The notes: a model not told the origin generated them from the letters alone. A DNA stretch of 64,000 bases from Candidatus Saccharimonadia bacterium (GCA_963717365.1 OY970327.1:203599-267598); one strand, 5' to 3'. Counted from the first letter of the stretch, positions 37,220-46,363 are shown. Numbers and translations are program-made.

Positions 37220-38176
37220 ATGTCAAAACAATTCGAGGTGCTCAGCGCCGTCCACGGTATCGCGCCGCGCAGCGATGAGCTGCTGCGCTTGGGTGGTGAT
37301 GTTGATCGGGGTCGTGCTTCAGCGCTTGAATATGATGAGCTCCTACAACATGAGTCAGAAGAGTGGCTGAATGTTCAGCAAGTAGAAGGCATTGATCGCG
37401 TCTCTGCTGGAAAGCTGGATTGGCAGGATCACCTGCGCCCGATTGTGCAGGCAACCGACGGTTTTAAGCCAGGCATTGATAATGCTCAAGTGACGCGGTG
37501 GTATGAAACAAATACGTTTTATCGGCGACCAACCATAACAAGTTATCTGAATGTAGATTCTAGTAAGCTTCCAGGTGAATACGGCTCGAGTATTGATTTA
37601 TTGGCGCCATACTCATTTGCATCGTTGTGTGACAATGCATCTACAGGCAAGACTTTGGAACTAGTAACCGATTTATATGATCAAATTATCTACCATTATG
37701 TTAACAAGGGAGTCGGTCGTATTGTTTTAAAAGAATACACGCATCAGCGGTTAGAAGATAGAATTCTGAGTAACGAAAGTCTAAAGGAGGTCACTATCCT
37801 TGCCAACAGATATCAGAGCACAGAATTTGCTTATCTTACTTCAGAGACATCAGTTCCAAAGGACGCACCGCTAAACCTAGGTCTTGAAATCACACCGCAT
37901 ACAGCTAAAGCGCTTAGTTTGGTTCCGTATCTCAATAATGGTCTTGAAGGACGAAATGTATGGACATCGGTAGTCCATGCTGATTCTACGTTGCCAGACG
38001 TGTCTATGGCATCTTTCTGGAATAAGTATATTTTGCGTCAGCTAGGAATCGCTAAGCTGATTCTAACTAATACCGTTGATTTTCAGCATATACCCTTGGA
38101 CTATGCCAAAGAGAAAATTAAATGGTTAGCCGAGGAGACGCGTCAAACCAAAAGCCAACTAGGAGATTTGTCATGA
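37220..38176 (+). CDS. MetE N-terminal-domain-like protein (non-catalytic barrel of cobalamin-independent methionine synthase) encoded as a separate ORF
   Basis: 318 aa. TRWYETNTFYRRP parallels the MetE N-domain KWFDTNYHY motif, and LILTNTVDFQHIPLDYAKE parallels ...SCSLLHSPIDL.... No His-x-Cys or Cys zinc ligands are present. The stop overlaps the next start (ATGA). Confidence 0.65.
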   Translation: MSKQFEVLSAVHGIAPRSDELLRLGGDVDRGRASALEYDELLQHESEEWLNVQQVEGIDRVSAGKLDWQDHLRPIVQATDGFKPGIDNAQVTRWYETNTFYRRPTITSYLNVDSSKLPGEYGSSIDLLAPYSFASLCDNASTGKTLELVTDLYDQIIYHYVNKGVGRIVLKEYTHQRLEDRILSNESLKEVTILANRYQSTEFAYLTSETSVPKDAPLNLGLEITPHTAKALSLVPYLNNGLEGRNVWTSVVHADSTLPDVSMASFWNKYILRQLGIAKLILTNTVDFQHIPLDYAKEKIKWLAEETRQTKSQLGDLS

Positions 38177-39330
38177 GTGAATTATTAAGAACACAAGAAG
38201 TTGGTAGTTTGGCTAAACAAAGTTGGCGTGTGCAGCCGTTGCAGGGATTGGGGGTCAGGGATGAGCATATAGACGAAGCGGTTAACTGGGCTGAACGTTT
38301 AGGCGAGACACCAGAAGAAGCAAACGAGGTATTAAGAACGGCGCAAGAGGAGGGAACGCAGTTAAGCTCAGAAAGTGCTGACTCAATCAAGAATCTAGCG
38401 GCTCGTTATGCTATTCGGCTGCAAGAAAAAGCTGGCTTAGATATACTGTATGACGGTGAACAAGACCGGCCAGAGATGTACCAAAGCGCGGTCGAAGATA
38501 CCGTTGGCTTTGAACCAAGAGGCCGCCTGCGCGCATTCGATAATCGGTCTTTCTTAAAATCAGCCGTTGTCGGCCAGCCCGGCATTACTGCGCCGTGGTA
38601 CACCCAGGAGTTTCAGCGTATTCGGCAACTTACCGATAAAACGATAAAAGTTCCTGTCACCGGTGCATATACCGTGGCTGATTGGTCCTTCGATGAGTAT
38701 TACCAGAAATCAATAACCCTTGGCGGTAAACAGTTGGCTCCAAAGGAAGCAAAACGGCAGTTTGTGCTTGATGTTGCAGAGCAGGTTGTTCGTCCAAATA
38801 TAAAATCGTTACTAAAACAAGGCGCCGAGTGGATTCAAATTGACGAGCCAGCGGCTACCACCAAACCACATGAAGTTGCTTTATTTGTTGAATCATTCAA
38901 CCGTTCAATACAGGGATTAGCAGGCCGGTTCAGCGTGCATATTTGTTTTTCGGATTACAGTCTCTTGTTCCCTCACGTTCAACAGTTAGAAAATTGTGCT
39001 CAATTCTCGCTGGAATTTGCTAACAGTGACGCAAAATCTTTGGGCAGAGACAAGGCACATCGACCGGCGTATGAAATCCTGGGTAAGTTTGCTACTGATC
39101 GGCCGGATATTGGAATCGGACTTGGTGTAACTAGTATTCATGAGAATCAAATAGAATCGCCAGAGTTAGTACGGGATCGTATTCTTCGGGCAGTTGATAT
39201 CATCGGCGATGCCGCAAAAGTATACCCGTCTCCGGATTGTGGCTTGCGCACCAGAAGCTGGGATGTTGCTTATAAGAAGTTTTCAGTAACAGTAGAAGGC
39301 GCGTGTTTAGCACGGAATGAATTCGAATAA
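38173..39330 (+). CDS. metE: Cobalamin-independent methionine synthase catalytic domain (core-MetE, Meth_synt_2); start set at MSELLRTQEVGS
   Basis: The zinc ligand set is conserved: VHICFSDY (His-x-Cys), FSLEFANSD (Glu) and SPDCGLRTR (Cys). WIQIDEPA and LDILYDGEQDRPEM are also present. AGGAG lies 8 nt upstream of ATG 38173, and there is a 4-nt overlap with the upstream ORF. Confidence 0.85.
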   Translation: MSELLRTQEVGSLAKQSWRVQPLQGLGVRDEHIDEAVNWAERLGETPEEANEVLRTAQEEGTQLSSESADSIKNLAARYAIRLQEKAGLDILYDGEQDRPEMYQSAVEDTVGFEPRGRLRAFDNRSFLKSAVVGQPGITAPWYTQEFQRIRQLTDKTIKVPVTGAYTVADWSFDEYYQKSITLGGKQLAPKEAKRQFVLDVAEQVVRPNIKSLLKQGAEWIQIDEPAATTKPHEVALFVESFNRSIQGLAGRFSVHICFSDYSLLFPHVQQLENCAQFSLEFANSDAKSLGRDKAHRPAYEILGKFATDRPDIGIGLGVTSIHENQIESPELVRDRILRAVDIIGDAAKVYPSPDCGLRTRSWDVAYKKFSVTVEGACLARNEFE

Positions 39331-39334
39331 GTAT

Positions 39335-39535
39335 TTAAATATGTAGAATTGTAAATATTTTGTTGATCAAAAGGGCCGGCCATACCGCCGATTGCAGGAA
39401 AGCCAAGACGACTTCTCCAAAACCTTCGGCTTTGTCTAAAAAGTAAACCAGGGCTCCAATATATGTCACAAAAAAGGCAAACGCCGGTGGGCCGCCCTTT
39501 TGAACTTTAATGAAATTTTTTTCGTGTTTTACCAT
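39335..39535 (-). CDS. Small two-TM membrane protein (66 aa)
   Basis: FAFFVTYIGALVYFL and VVLAFLQSAVWPALLINKIF are hydrophobic helices. GGAGG-like aggaggtat lies upstream of the ATG. Confidence 0.45.
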   Translation of the reverse strand: MVKHEKNFIKVQKGGPPAFAFFVTYIGALVYFLDKAEGFGEVVLAFLQSAVWPALLINKIFTILHI

Positions 39536-39686
39536 TATGATATACCTCCTATTTCAACAATATACTCTGATTTTATAAGATATCAATCATGATTATAGAG
39601 AATAGAATTACAGGTAAAAAGTTACTATCACACTAATTAGGTTATTGTGTTATGATTTATCAATAACCGTAAGCAGGAGCATTGGG

Positions 39687-41501
39687 GTGCAGTTAATAAA
39701 CCAGTTACAAACCAGGACAAAACAGCTAGTAATTTTTTCTATAGTAATTACCATGATAGCAAGTGGAGTATTTATTCCTCGTGCGTTTGGGGCAGGCGGC
39801 GGACCGCCAAGCTGCGAAAACGGTATCCCCGGGGTATCATTTAGCTTACAACCAGCTACAAAAGGCGTTGGCACGCTGGAAGTCTCTTTAGATGGTCAAT
39901 ACAGCGACCCTTGTGACGATCCAATTGTTGATTACGCTTGGAACTTTGGCGATGGAAGTACTGCTCACGGTGTTTCGGTTACGCATATATATGGCGTAGG
40001 TACGTTCCGTCCCACGTTAACCATCACTGATGCTAGTGGCGCAACTAATACAGCAACATATCGCAACGATATAGTCGTTAAGGCTACTAACCAGAACCCG
40101 ATCTTTAATGACAGTAGTTACGAAACATTCCATCAAAATTATCTTGACATTGACTTGAAGCCACTGGCATCAGACCCTGACGGCGACAACATTAATGATA
40201 GCTACTACTTAGTTGATGCATCATCTAACCACGTTAAAACAGACAAAGGTTACATATCTCTTAATTCTTACGCCGGTACACTCCGCTACTCTGCAATTAA
40301 CTATAATCCTACCGGCCAAGATATAATAAATATTGGTATCAAAGATGGATTTGGTGGCACCGATACAGCGCAGATTACCATTAACCTACACTCCTATGTA
40401 ACAGGAGTAGACGACACAGCTACTACCTATTCCGGTACACCAGTGACTATCAATGTAGCTGCTAACGACTACTCGTATTACGGTGAAGCCGTAACTGTGG
40501 CTAGGTACGCATACGAACAGACGAATGGTACAGCCACCGTTAACGCTGATGGTACTATCACTTTTGTTCCAGCCGCCGGCTTTGTTGGCACGGGCAGTTT
40601 TAGATATGTAATTTATAGCTCAAATCCTGCTATGAATGCGGTGAATCATGCCTATGCCTATATAGATGTTCGTCCGGTTCCTAACTACGCGCCAGTTGCA
40701 GTAAATGACAATTTAAATGTGGGCGAAGATTCCAGCGGTACCATTAACGTCCTGGCTAACGACAGTGATCAAGATGGTGATGCACTCTCATCAAACATAA
40801 CTACTGGGCCAGTTAACGGTACTGCTAGTATGTCGCCAGCTGGTTTACTGAGCTATACCCCGAATGCTAACTTCTATGGAACGGACACCGTGCAATACCA
40901 AGTTACTGACAGCAAAGGTGCTGCCAGTACTGCTACCGTAATTATTGGGGTAAGTTCAATCAATGATGTGCCAGCAAGCAGTAATGACACAGCCAGTATT
41001 GCCGAGGACAACAACGTAAGCATAGCTGTACTTAGCAATGATTCAGACGTTGAAGATGGAACCAATTTAACGGTTCAAATAGTTAGCAATCCTGCTCACG
41101 GCACGGCTACTGTGAACAGTGATAAAACCATAACTTACGCACCAAAAGCTAATTTCAATGGCAATGATAGCTTTACCTATAAAGTAACCGACAAAAATGG
41201 TGCAACCAGCACTTCCACGGTAAATATAACCGTTACCTCTGTTAATGACGGACCTACGGCAGCTTTCACCGGTACGCTAAAGCGAAACGGCACAGCTACA
41301 TTAAATGCCAGCACTTCTCACGACATCGACGGTCAAATCGCCAGCTATACATGGAATTTTGGCGATGGCCAAACCGCAACCACTACTAGCCCAACCACTG
41401 ATCACCGTTACACCGGTAAAAATTCAAGCTATCAAGTAACCTTGACTGTCACTGACAATCAAGGTGCTACCGCCACAATTGTGCGGACTATAGCATACTA
41501 A
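39687..41501 (+). CDS. Secreted adhesin-like protein with terminal PKD-like domains and internal cadherin-like/VCBS-type repeats (start set at the GTG after AGGAG)
   Basis: - Signal/anchor: LVIFSIVITMIASGVFIPRAFG.
- PKD: WNFGDG motifs occur near both ends (YAWNFGDGSTAHG and YTWNFGDGQTATT).
- Repeats: APVAVNDNLNVGEDSSGTINVLANDSDQDGDAL, INDVPASSNDTASIAEDNNVSIAVLSNDSDVEDG and VNDGPTA.
- Start: AGGAG lies 7 nt upstream of GTG 39687. Confidence 0.8.
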   Translation: MQLINQLQTRTKQLVIFSIVITMIASGVFIPRAFGAGGGPPSCENGIPGVSFSLQPATKGVGTLEVSLDGQYSDPCDDPIVDYAWNFGDGSTAHGVSVTHIYGVGTFRPTLTITDASGATNTATYRNDIVVKATNQNPIFNDSSYETFHQNYLDIDLKPLASDPDGDNINDSYYLVDASSNHVKTDKGYISLNSYAGTLRYSAINYNPTGQDIINIGIKDGFGGTDTAQITINLHSYVTGVDDTATTYSGTPVTINVAANDYSYYGEAVTVARYAYEQTNGTATVNADGTITFVPAAGFVGTGSFRYVIYSSNPAMNAVNHAYAYIDVRPVPNYAPVAVNDNLNVGEDSSGTINVLANDSDQDGDALSSNITTGPVNGTASMSPAGLLSYTPNANFYGTDTVQYQVTDSKGAASTATVIIGVSSINDVPASSNDTASIAEDNNVSIAVLSNDSDVEDGTNLTVQIVSNPAHGTATVNSDKTITYAPKANFNGNDSFTYKVTDKNGATSTSTVNITVTSVNDGPTAAFTGTLKRNGTATLNASTSHDIDGQIASYTWNFGDGQTATTTSPTTDHRYTGKNSSYQVTLTVTDNQGATATIVRTIAY

Positions 41502-41578
41502 GACCTACTAGTTTTTTTGAAAGAGCATCTGCGTCGTAGAACGTACCTCCCATACGCTTGATAAGTTGAGCCTTAAAA

Positions 41579-42511
41579 CTAAAAATTATCGGTGTAAAGT
41601 CGGCTATCCCACTTGTTATCACGAACATGCGCATCAACGGTTGTGCCGGCTTGGTTTGAAAATTGCATAAGGCCGTTTCGGCCAAGTTCTTCTGTCATGA
41701 TAATTCCGATAGATTCTGACCGGCCATAAGGAGTGTCATGCTCTATTGTAGATGAGTCATCGACTATTCCTTCCTTAAGTCTGGCGTTAACACCAGCTAA
41801 ACGATCGTGTAATTGGTCAGCATCAAAAATGTAATCATTATTTGGAGGTGAAATAGCAATGTCAGCAGATCCTTTTCGTGTATCTTTTAATTCAATAGGA
41901 AACTGTGTTGGCGCTGAAACAAATTCGGCTGGCCGGTTTGCAGTGTGGCTGCCGCGCATTGCACAATCAAAGGCTTCATTTAATTCCTTGGTAGAAAATA
42001 ATAGACGATGATCACGGTCAACATAACGGTCAAATCCTCCGCCCTGACCATGATAATCAAGAGCGGGGAAGATAAGCGCATTCCCTAGGCTCTGGGCTTG
42101 AGTGTACTGAAGCGTGATCGGATTCTTTTTTTCGGTTTGGCCTGGGTCTAATGCAAACGCCGCTATAACAAACTGCGGCATACCTAGTTTTTGCAAACGA
42201 TAAAAGTTATCGATGATCTCAAGCACTTTGTCTGGAGCATCTGGTACATGTTCTGGCCGTGGGGTAACCTTACGCAGCTCCGCAAGGGTAGTGGGGATAT
42301 TTTCTGCGTCGTTAGCGATTCCTACCAAATAACTGCCAGCAGTTTGAATACCGATAAAGCTCTTAAAGCCCCCGCCACCTCGTGTTTTAGGAAGTCCGTC
42401 TTCCCGCAGTTCGCGGTATACGCCGCGTTGGCCCGATAGCCACTGACGACTTGCTTCGGGATCACTGCAATCTGCAACGTTGCTAACTTCGCCATATATA
42501 GGGAATATCAT
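41579..42511 (-). CDS. Hypothetical protein (310 aa)
   Basis: Long ORF. The only in-frame start is ATG 42511, with a stop 25 codons upstream and no clear SD. There is no TM or signal peptide. Gly-rich motifs RGGGGFKSF and HGQGGGFDRY are present. I recognise no family. Confidence 0.5.
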   Translation of the reverse strand: MIFPIYGEVSNVADCSDPEASRQWLSGQRGVYRELREDGLPKTRGGGGFKSFIGIQTAGSYLVGIANDAENIPTTLAELRKVTPRPEHVPDAPDKVLEIIDNFYRLQKLGMPQFVIAAFALDPGQTEKKNPITLQYTQAQSLGNALIFPALDYHGQGGGFDRYVDRDHRLLFSTKELNEAFDCAMRGSHTANRPAEFVSAPTQFPIELKDTRKGSADIAISPPNNDYIFDADQLHDRLAGVNARLKEGIVDDSSTIEHDTPYGRSESIGIIMTEELGRNGLMQFSNQAGTTVDAHVRDNKWDSRLYTDNF

Positions 42512-42690
42512 GGCGTTTGGACCAGAACCAACGATCCCGTATCGTTGTGAGGTTCCATGAGATTCGGCTGTTAACTGAGAACTCGCTCAGACTCATACCC
42601 GCTTGCGGCTGGGAAGTTTGCAATTACAGTACTATTAAACTCTGCTGGATTAACACTTATACACATAATAATTAAGTAACACAAAAATGA

Positions 42691-43173
42691 TTGAATCGCA
42701 ATAATATATTTAAAACACTTGAACTGTTGAATCAAGGGAATATAATACAGGATATTAGTACCATAAAAACACATGTTGACGATGCCAGTGTGACAGATTT
42801 TATTAATGCCGTACCAGATAAAGTAAAAAAGCAGGATAGTTTTATGTTACTTGAACTGTTTAAAAAAATAACTGGTGAGCAGCCCAAAATGTGGGGAAGC
42901 AGTATTATTGGTTTTGGTCAGTATCACTATAAATCTGAGCGAAGCAAGCAGGAGGGTGACTGGCCACTGACTGGCTTTTCACCACGAAAACAAAACTTAA
43001 CCCTCTATATTATGCAGGGGTTTGAAGATTACGCAGGCTTACTTAAAAAACTTGGCAAACATAAGATAAGCGTCGGTTGTTTGTATATTAATAAATTAGC
43101 AGATGTCGACATGGCTGTTTTAGAAGAACTAGTAAATGAGTCATTTATTCAAATGAAAAAGGTACACTCTTGA
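42691..43173 (+). CDS. DUF1801 (YdhG-like) domain protein
   Basis: VTDFINAVPDKVKKQDSFMLLELFKKITGEQPKMWGSSIIGFGQYHYKSERSKQEGDWPLTGFSPRKQNLTLYI matches my recollection of the DUF1801 pattern. The TTG start is uncertain. Confidence 0.6.
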   Translation: MNRNNIFKTLELLNQGNIIQDISTIKTHVDDASVTDFINAVPDKVKKQDSFMLLELFKKITGEQPKMWGSSIIGFGQYHYKSERSKQEGDWPLTGFSPRKQNLTLYIMQGFEDYAGLLKKLGKHKISVGCLYINKLADVDMAVLEELVNESFIQMKKVHS

Positions 43174-43184
43174 TTGGGTGATAG

Positions 43185-43582
43185 ATGTATAATCAAGATA
43201 TGAAGATGAAAAGTGTATCCGGTATCATCTGTTTAGTAAAAGATTTAGAGAAAACAACAGAATTTTATAAGACGTTGGGTTTTGATTATAAGAAAAATGT
43301 GCCGGGTGTGTCGGCAACAGCATATTTGAATTGGTTCTGGATAGAGTTTCTGCTTGAGGATAAGGTCATAACCAATGAATTTAAAAGTGATGTCATAGTT
43401 CCTAATAAGGGCGCTGGCCAATACACCATATAAACGTGGAAAATATTGATAACTTTTACGACACAGTTTTAGCAAAGGGTTTAAAACCTTCCAATCAACC
43501 ACAGGACTTTCCATGGGGACACAGAGAATTTGTGCTTATTGACCCAGACGGTTATAAACTAGTATTCTTTAGTAAGATATAA
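43185..43582 (+). pseudogene. VOC/glyoxalase-fold gene interrupted by a frameshift (apparent 1-nt deletion between 43409 and 43430)
   Basis: Frame A ends ...VPNKGAGQYTI* at 43431-43433. Frame A-1 is open from 43409 and reads ...IHHINVENIDNFYDTVLAKGLKPSNQPQDFPWGHREFVLIDPDGYKLVFFSKI* (stop at 43580-43582). That is the expected C-terminal half of the same fold. Confidence 0.7.
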
Positions 43583-43669
43583 TCACAAGTATTGGAAAAG
43601 GGATCAATCCTAAGGTCTGTGGTCTTGCGTTGTTTTTATATAATTCAATAAAGTCTTATACTATACGCC

Positions 43670-44380
43670 ATGTCTGAAAGATTAATGCAACCTAACCGTC
43701 GGTACCGTAATTTTGCCGTTGCAACAATAGCTGCGCTAAGTGTTGGTGGATGTACAACATCTGAAACAGAAAAAACAGTTGATCCTATCCCCAAGACTAC
43801 TATAGAAGATTACAGACTCTCAGATAATTCTGTGCAAAAAGCGAGAAAAACTCTGGCTCAACTGGCTATAAAAGGACGGGCACCAAAAACAGGCTATGAA
43901 CGCGAGCAGTTTTCAAGTGGGTGGGCAACGATTGACGGGTGTGACGTTAGAAACACTATATTGCAGCGCGATTTGACTCAAGAAATTTTAAAGAGTGATA
44001 ACTGTACTGTCTTAATGGGAACATTACAAGACCCTTATACTGCCGAACAAATTGATTTTCATCGCGGTATTGGCACCAGTGATGACGTACAAATTGATCA
44101 CGTTGTTGCACTGAGTGATGCCTGGCAAAAAGGCGCTCAACAACTCGATGTCAGTGAACGAGCCAAGTTTGCTAATGACCCGCTTAATCTACTAGCTGTA
44201 GATGGGCCAACTAATTCAAGCAAGGGCGATGGCGACGCGGCGACATGGCTGCCGCCAAACAAAAGTTATCGCTGCAGTTATGTTGCCCGTCAAGTAGAGG
44301 TTAAAGATAGGTATGAATTATGGGTTACATCTGCAGAACACCAGGCAATAGTTAGAGTTTTGACATCTTGTAGTAATTAA
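43670..44380 (+). CDS. Secreted lipoprotein nuclease (HNH/DUF1524-type)
   Basis: Lipobox LSVGGC is present. GYEREQFSSGW...DGCDVRN, VQIDHVVALSDAWQKGA and NLLAVDGPTNSSKGDGDAATWLPP match the DUF1524 extracellular endonuclease pattern. Confidence 0.75.
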   Translation: MSERLMQPNRRYRNFAVATIAALSVGGCTTSETEKTVDPIPKTTIEDYRLSDNSVQKARKTLAQLAIKGRAPKTGYEREQFSSGWATIDGCDVRNTILQRDLTQEILKSDNCTVLMGTLQDPYTAEQIDFHRGIGTSDDVQIDHVVALSDAWQKGAQQLDVSERAKFANDPLNLLAVDGPTNSSKGDGDAATWLPPNKSYRCSYVARQVEVKDRYELWVTSAEHQAIVRVLTSCSN

Positions 44381-44437
44381 TAAGTAACGATTGCTCACAT
44401 AACCTCATCAGATATAACAAACTTTTTACAGGTTGTC

Positions 44438-45265
44438 TTATTTCTCTAATATAGTTCGGACACGAGTTACGGCAGCAATTGCACTTTCATAGTGTTTTAT
44501 TTCATTAGCCATAACTACTTCCGGAGCATCCAAGTTTTTAAGACGATTAATGCGGTCTTGTGTTCTGTTTGCAATATGGATCATTGAGAGTAAAAAATGT
44601 TCTAAAAATGGACGGGATTCATAGCCGTTTAAGGGTAATTCTGTGTCGATTAGTACATCAAGTTTAATAATCATCGTTTCTTTGCCACTGCGAATGGTAT
44701 CAAGGGTTTCTTTTGTATTGTAAATTACACCATGTGTTATTGCATGCTCAAGAGCTATCCCTGCCAAGTACTTTCCTGCAGCAATATTTATTTTACTCGG
44801 TCTATCATCGTAAGATGACGTCGATCGTTTGTGAACCCTGTCTTTATCAAATGCTGCGTAAGATGCAGATACTGTTCCTGGAACTAATAAATCAGTAGTA
44901 TTCAAGCCCAGTTTTAACACTGTTGCAGAAATAGGCCCAAACAATGATTGTCGGTAGGCGACTAATTCGGGTGGTACTGTTTCAAATGATGAAACACCGG
45001 GTACCGGTAGTATGGTTGCGTGTTCCTCGCCATACGGCGAAACAGTTAATTCTTCGGTAGCAATACTGTTAGGTATATCTTTAGTCAAACTATCTATAAA
45101 ATGCAACGCACGTGCTCGTATATAAGGAAGCGGTTTATCTTCCAGGCCAGGGTGAAGTCCCTGTTCCAAGACAGCGTTTAAGGTAGCATTATAAAATAAT
45201 CGCGCAGTTTCGGTAAAATCCGCCTGCATCTCCATATTGGTCGGTAAACCGTCTCTTCTTGGCAT
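44438..45265 (-). CDS. Hypothetical protein (275 aa)
   Basis: Long ORF convergent with the nuclease gene. No TM or signal peptide, and I recognise no family. Confidence 0.5.
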   Translation of the reverse strand: MPRRDGLPTNMEMQADFTETARLFYNATLNAVLEQGLHPGLEDKPLPYIRARALHFIDSLTKDIPNSIATEELTVSPYGEEHATILPVPGVSSFETVPPELVAYRQSLFGPISATVLKLGLNTTDLLVPGTVSASYAAFDKDRVHKRSTSSYDDRPSKINIAAGKYLAGIALEHAITHGVIYNTKETLDTIRSGKETMIIKLDVLIDTELPLNGYESRPFLEHFLLSMIHIANRTQDRINRLKNLDAPEVVMANEIKHYESAIAAVTRVRTILEK

Positions 45266-45389
45266 TAAATAATTTTATAATAAACTAACATTAAATACAA
45301 TTGCCGGATATTATACTGTGTTAATTATCTTACAGGCAGCAATAAAATAAATAGCTAGCATACCGCTATACTGTTAAACGGAGGAGACT

Positions 45390-45803
45390 ATGCGCTATAA
45401 ATTCAGTTTCACAAAAACGATTAGTCTAAAGAAAATATGTCTAGTCTTAACTATTCCCGTAATGCTCTTTACGATGATTGTGGCGCCAGCTGGTGTTATT
45501 GGAATTGGTCCCCAGCGTGCTAGTGCAGCAGATCCGCGAGGAGACTGGTGGACCCAGTACACGAGAACCAGAGATAAAGCGATGAGCGATTGCCGGGCAT
45601 TTGCATTTAGTGGCCTTACGAATTACTCACAGTGCCTTGGAACAAATTATGTTAGCAGTGGCTCACTAGGACCACATAGTAGATACTTCCAGTGGGAAAT
45701 AGTATGGGGTAAGTATACCTGCTACACGGAGATGCACATAGGCAATAATTATCATATATTCTATAACCAATACTATTACTGCGCAAACATTTACCGTAGT
45801 TAA
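45390..45803 (+). CDS. Small secreted Tyr/Trp/Cys-rich protein
   Basis: GGAGGAG lies upstream of the ATG. A signal-like segment ICLVLTIPVMLFTMIVAPAGVIGIGPQRASA is present. The mature part of about 90 aa has 4 Cys and many aromatics (YNQYYYCANIYRS). Confidence 0.5.
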   Translation: MRYKFSFTKTISLKKICLVLTIPVMLFTMIVAPAGVIGIGPQRASAADPRGDWWTQYTRTRDKAMSDCRAFAFSGLTNYSQCLGTNYVSSGSLGPHSRYFQWEIVWGKYTCYTEMHIGNNYHIFYNQYYYCANIYRS

Positions 45804-45845
45804 GTTTACTATGTAACAAATAAGTTTATTTTGAAGTCAGAGTAG

Positions 45846-46247
45846 TTATGGTTTGCAAAATTCTAATTCAGCTCTGATTTGGTCTGGACTTACATCAAAA
45901 GTTGGTACTGGTGTATCTGCTATCTTTCCATCTTTGGCAAGAAAAACTTGTAGCGGAACCATTTGTTCTCTTTGCCCAGTGTCACGCAGTTTTATAGAGT
46001 CAGCCAGGTCACCGTTTGCGCCTGCTGGGCGGTAAACACACTCAGCGATAATAGTCTGGCCCATTTTTATTGGCACTCTAGCTTGTCGTAAATTCCCGTC
46101 GCCCTTAATATTAGCTGCAACAGGATCGTAGGCGTACACATCTCTTGCCGCAGTTAGTTTTAGTGTTTCGGCTGTGGCAGGTTCTTGCTCTCCGCAACCA
46201 GTGGCTAAGCTTGCTACTAACAATACGCACGCTATCCGTCTCTTCAT
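45846..46247 (-). CDS. Lipoprotein of unknown function
   Basis: Signal plus lipobox (VLLVASLATGCGE), 133 aa. Confidence 0.6.
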   Translation of the reverse strand: MKRRIACVLLVASLATGCGEQEPATAETLKLTAARDVYAYDPVAANIKGDGNLRQARVPIKMGQTIIAECVYRPAGANGDLADSIKLRDTGQREQMVPLQVFLAKDGKIADTPVPTFDVSPDQIRAELEFCKP

Positions 46248-46363
46248 GAATTTAATATAACAACAGCTTATTGCATTTGTCTATACGTCTAACGTGGATA
46301 AATTATATGATCATCCGTTAACTCAAAAAGGGTTGGTATCGGGAAACAGTTGCGTTTACGCGT

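Noticed and set aside
37242-37454. A 70-aa minus-strand ORF rich in Ala/His/Arg
   Set aside because: It is an artefact of the locally GC-rich 5' part of the MetE-N-like gene and is antisense to a supported CDS.
43245-43514. An 89-aa minus-strand ORF spanning the VOC frameshift site
   Set aside because: It is antisense to two halves of a recognisable VOC-fold gene and has no features of its own.
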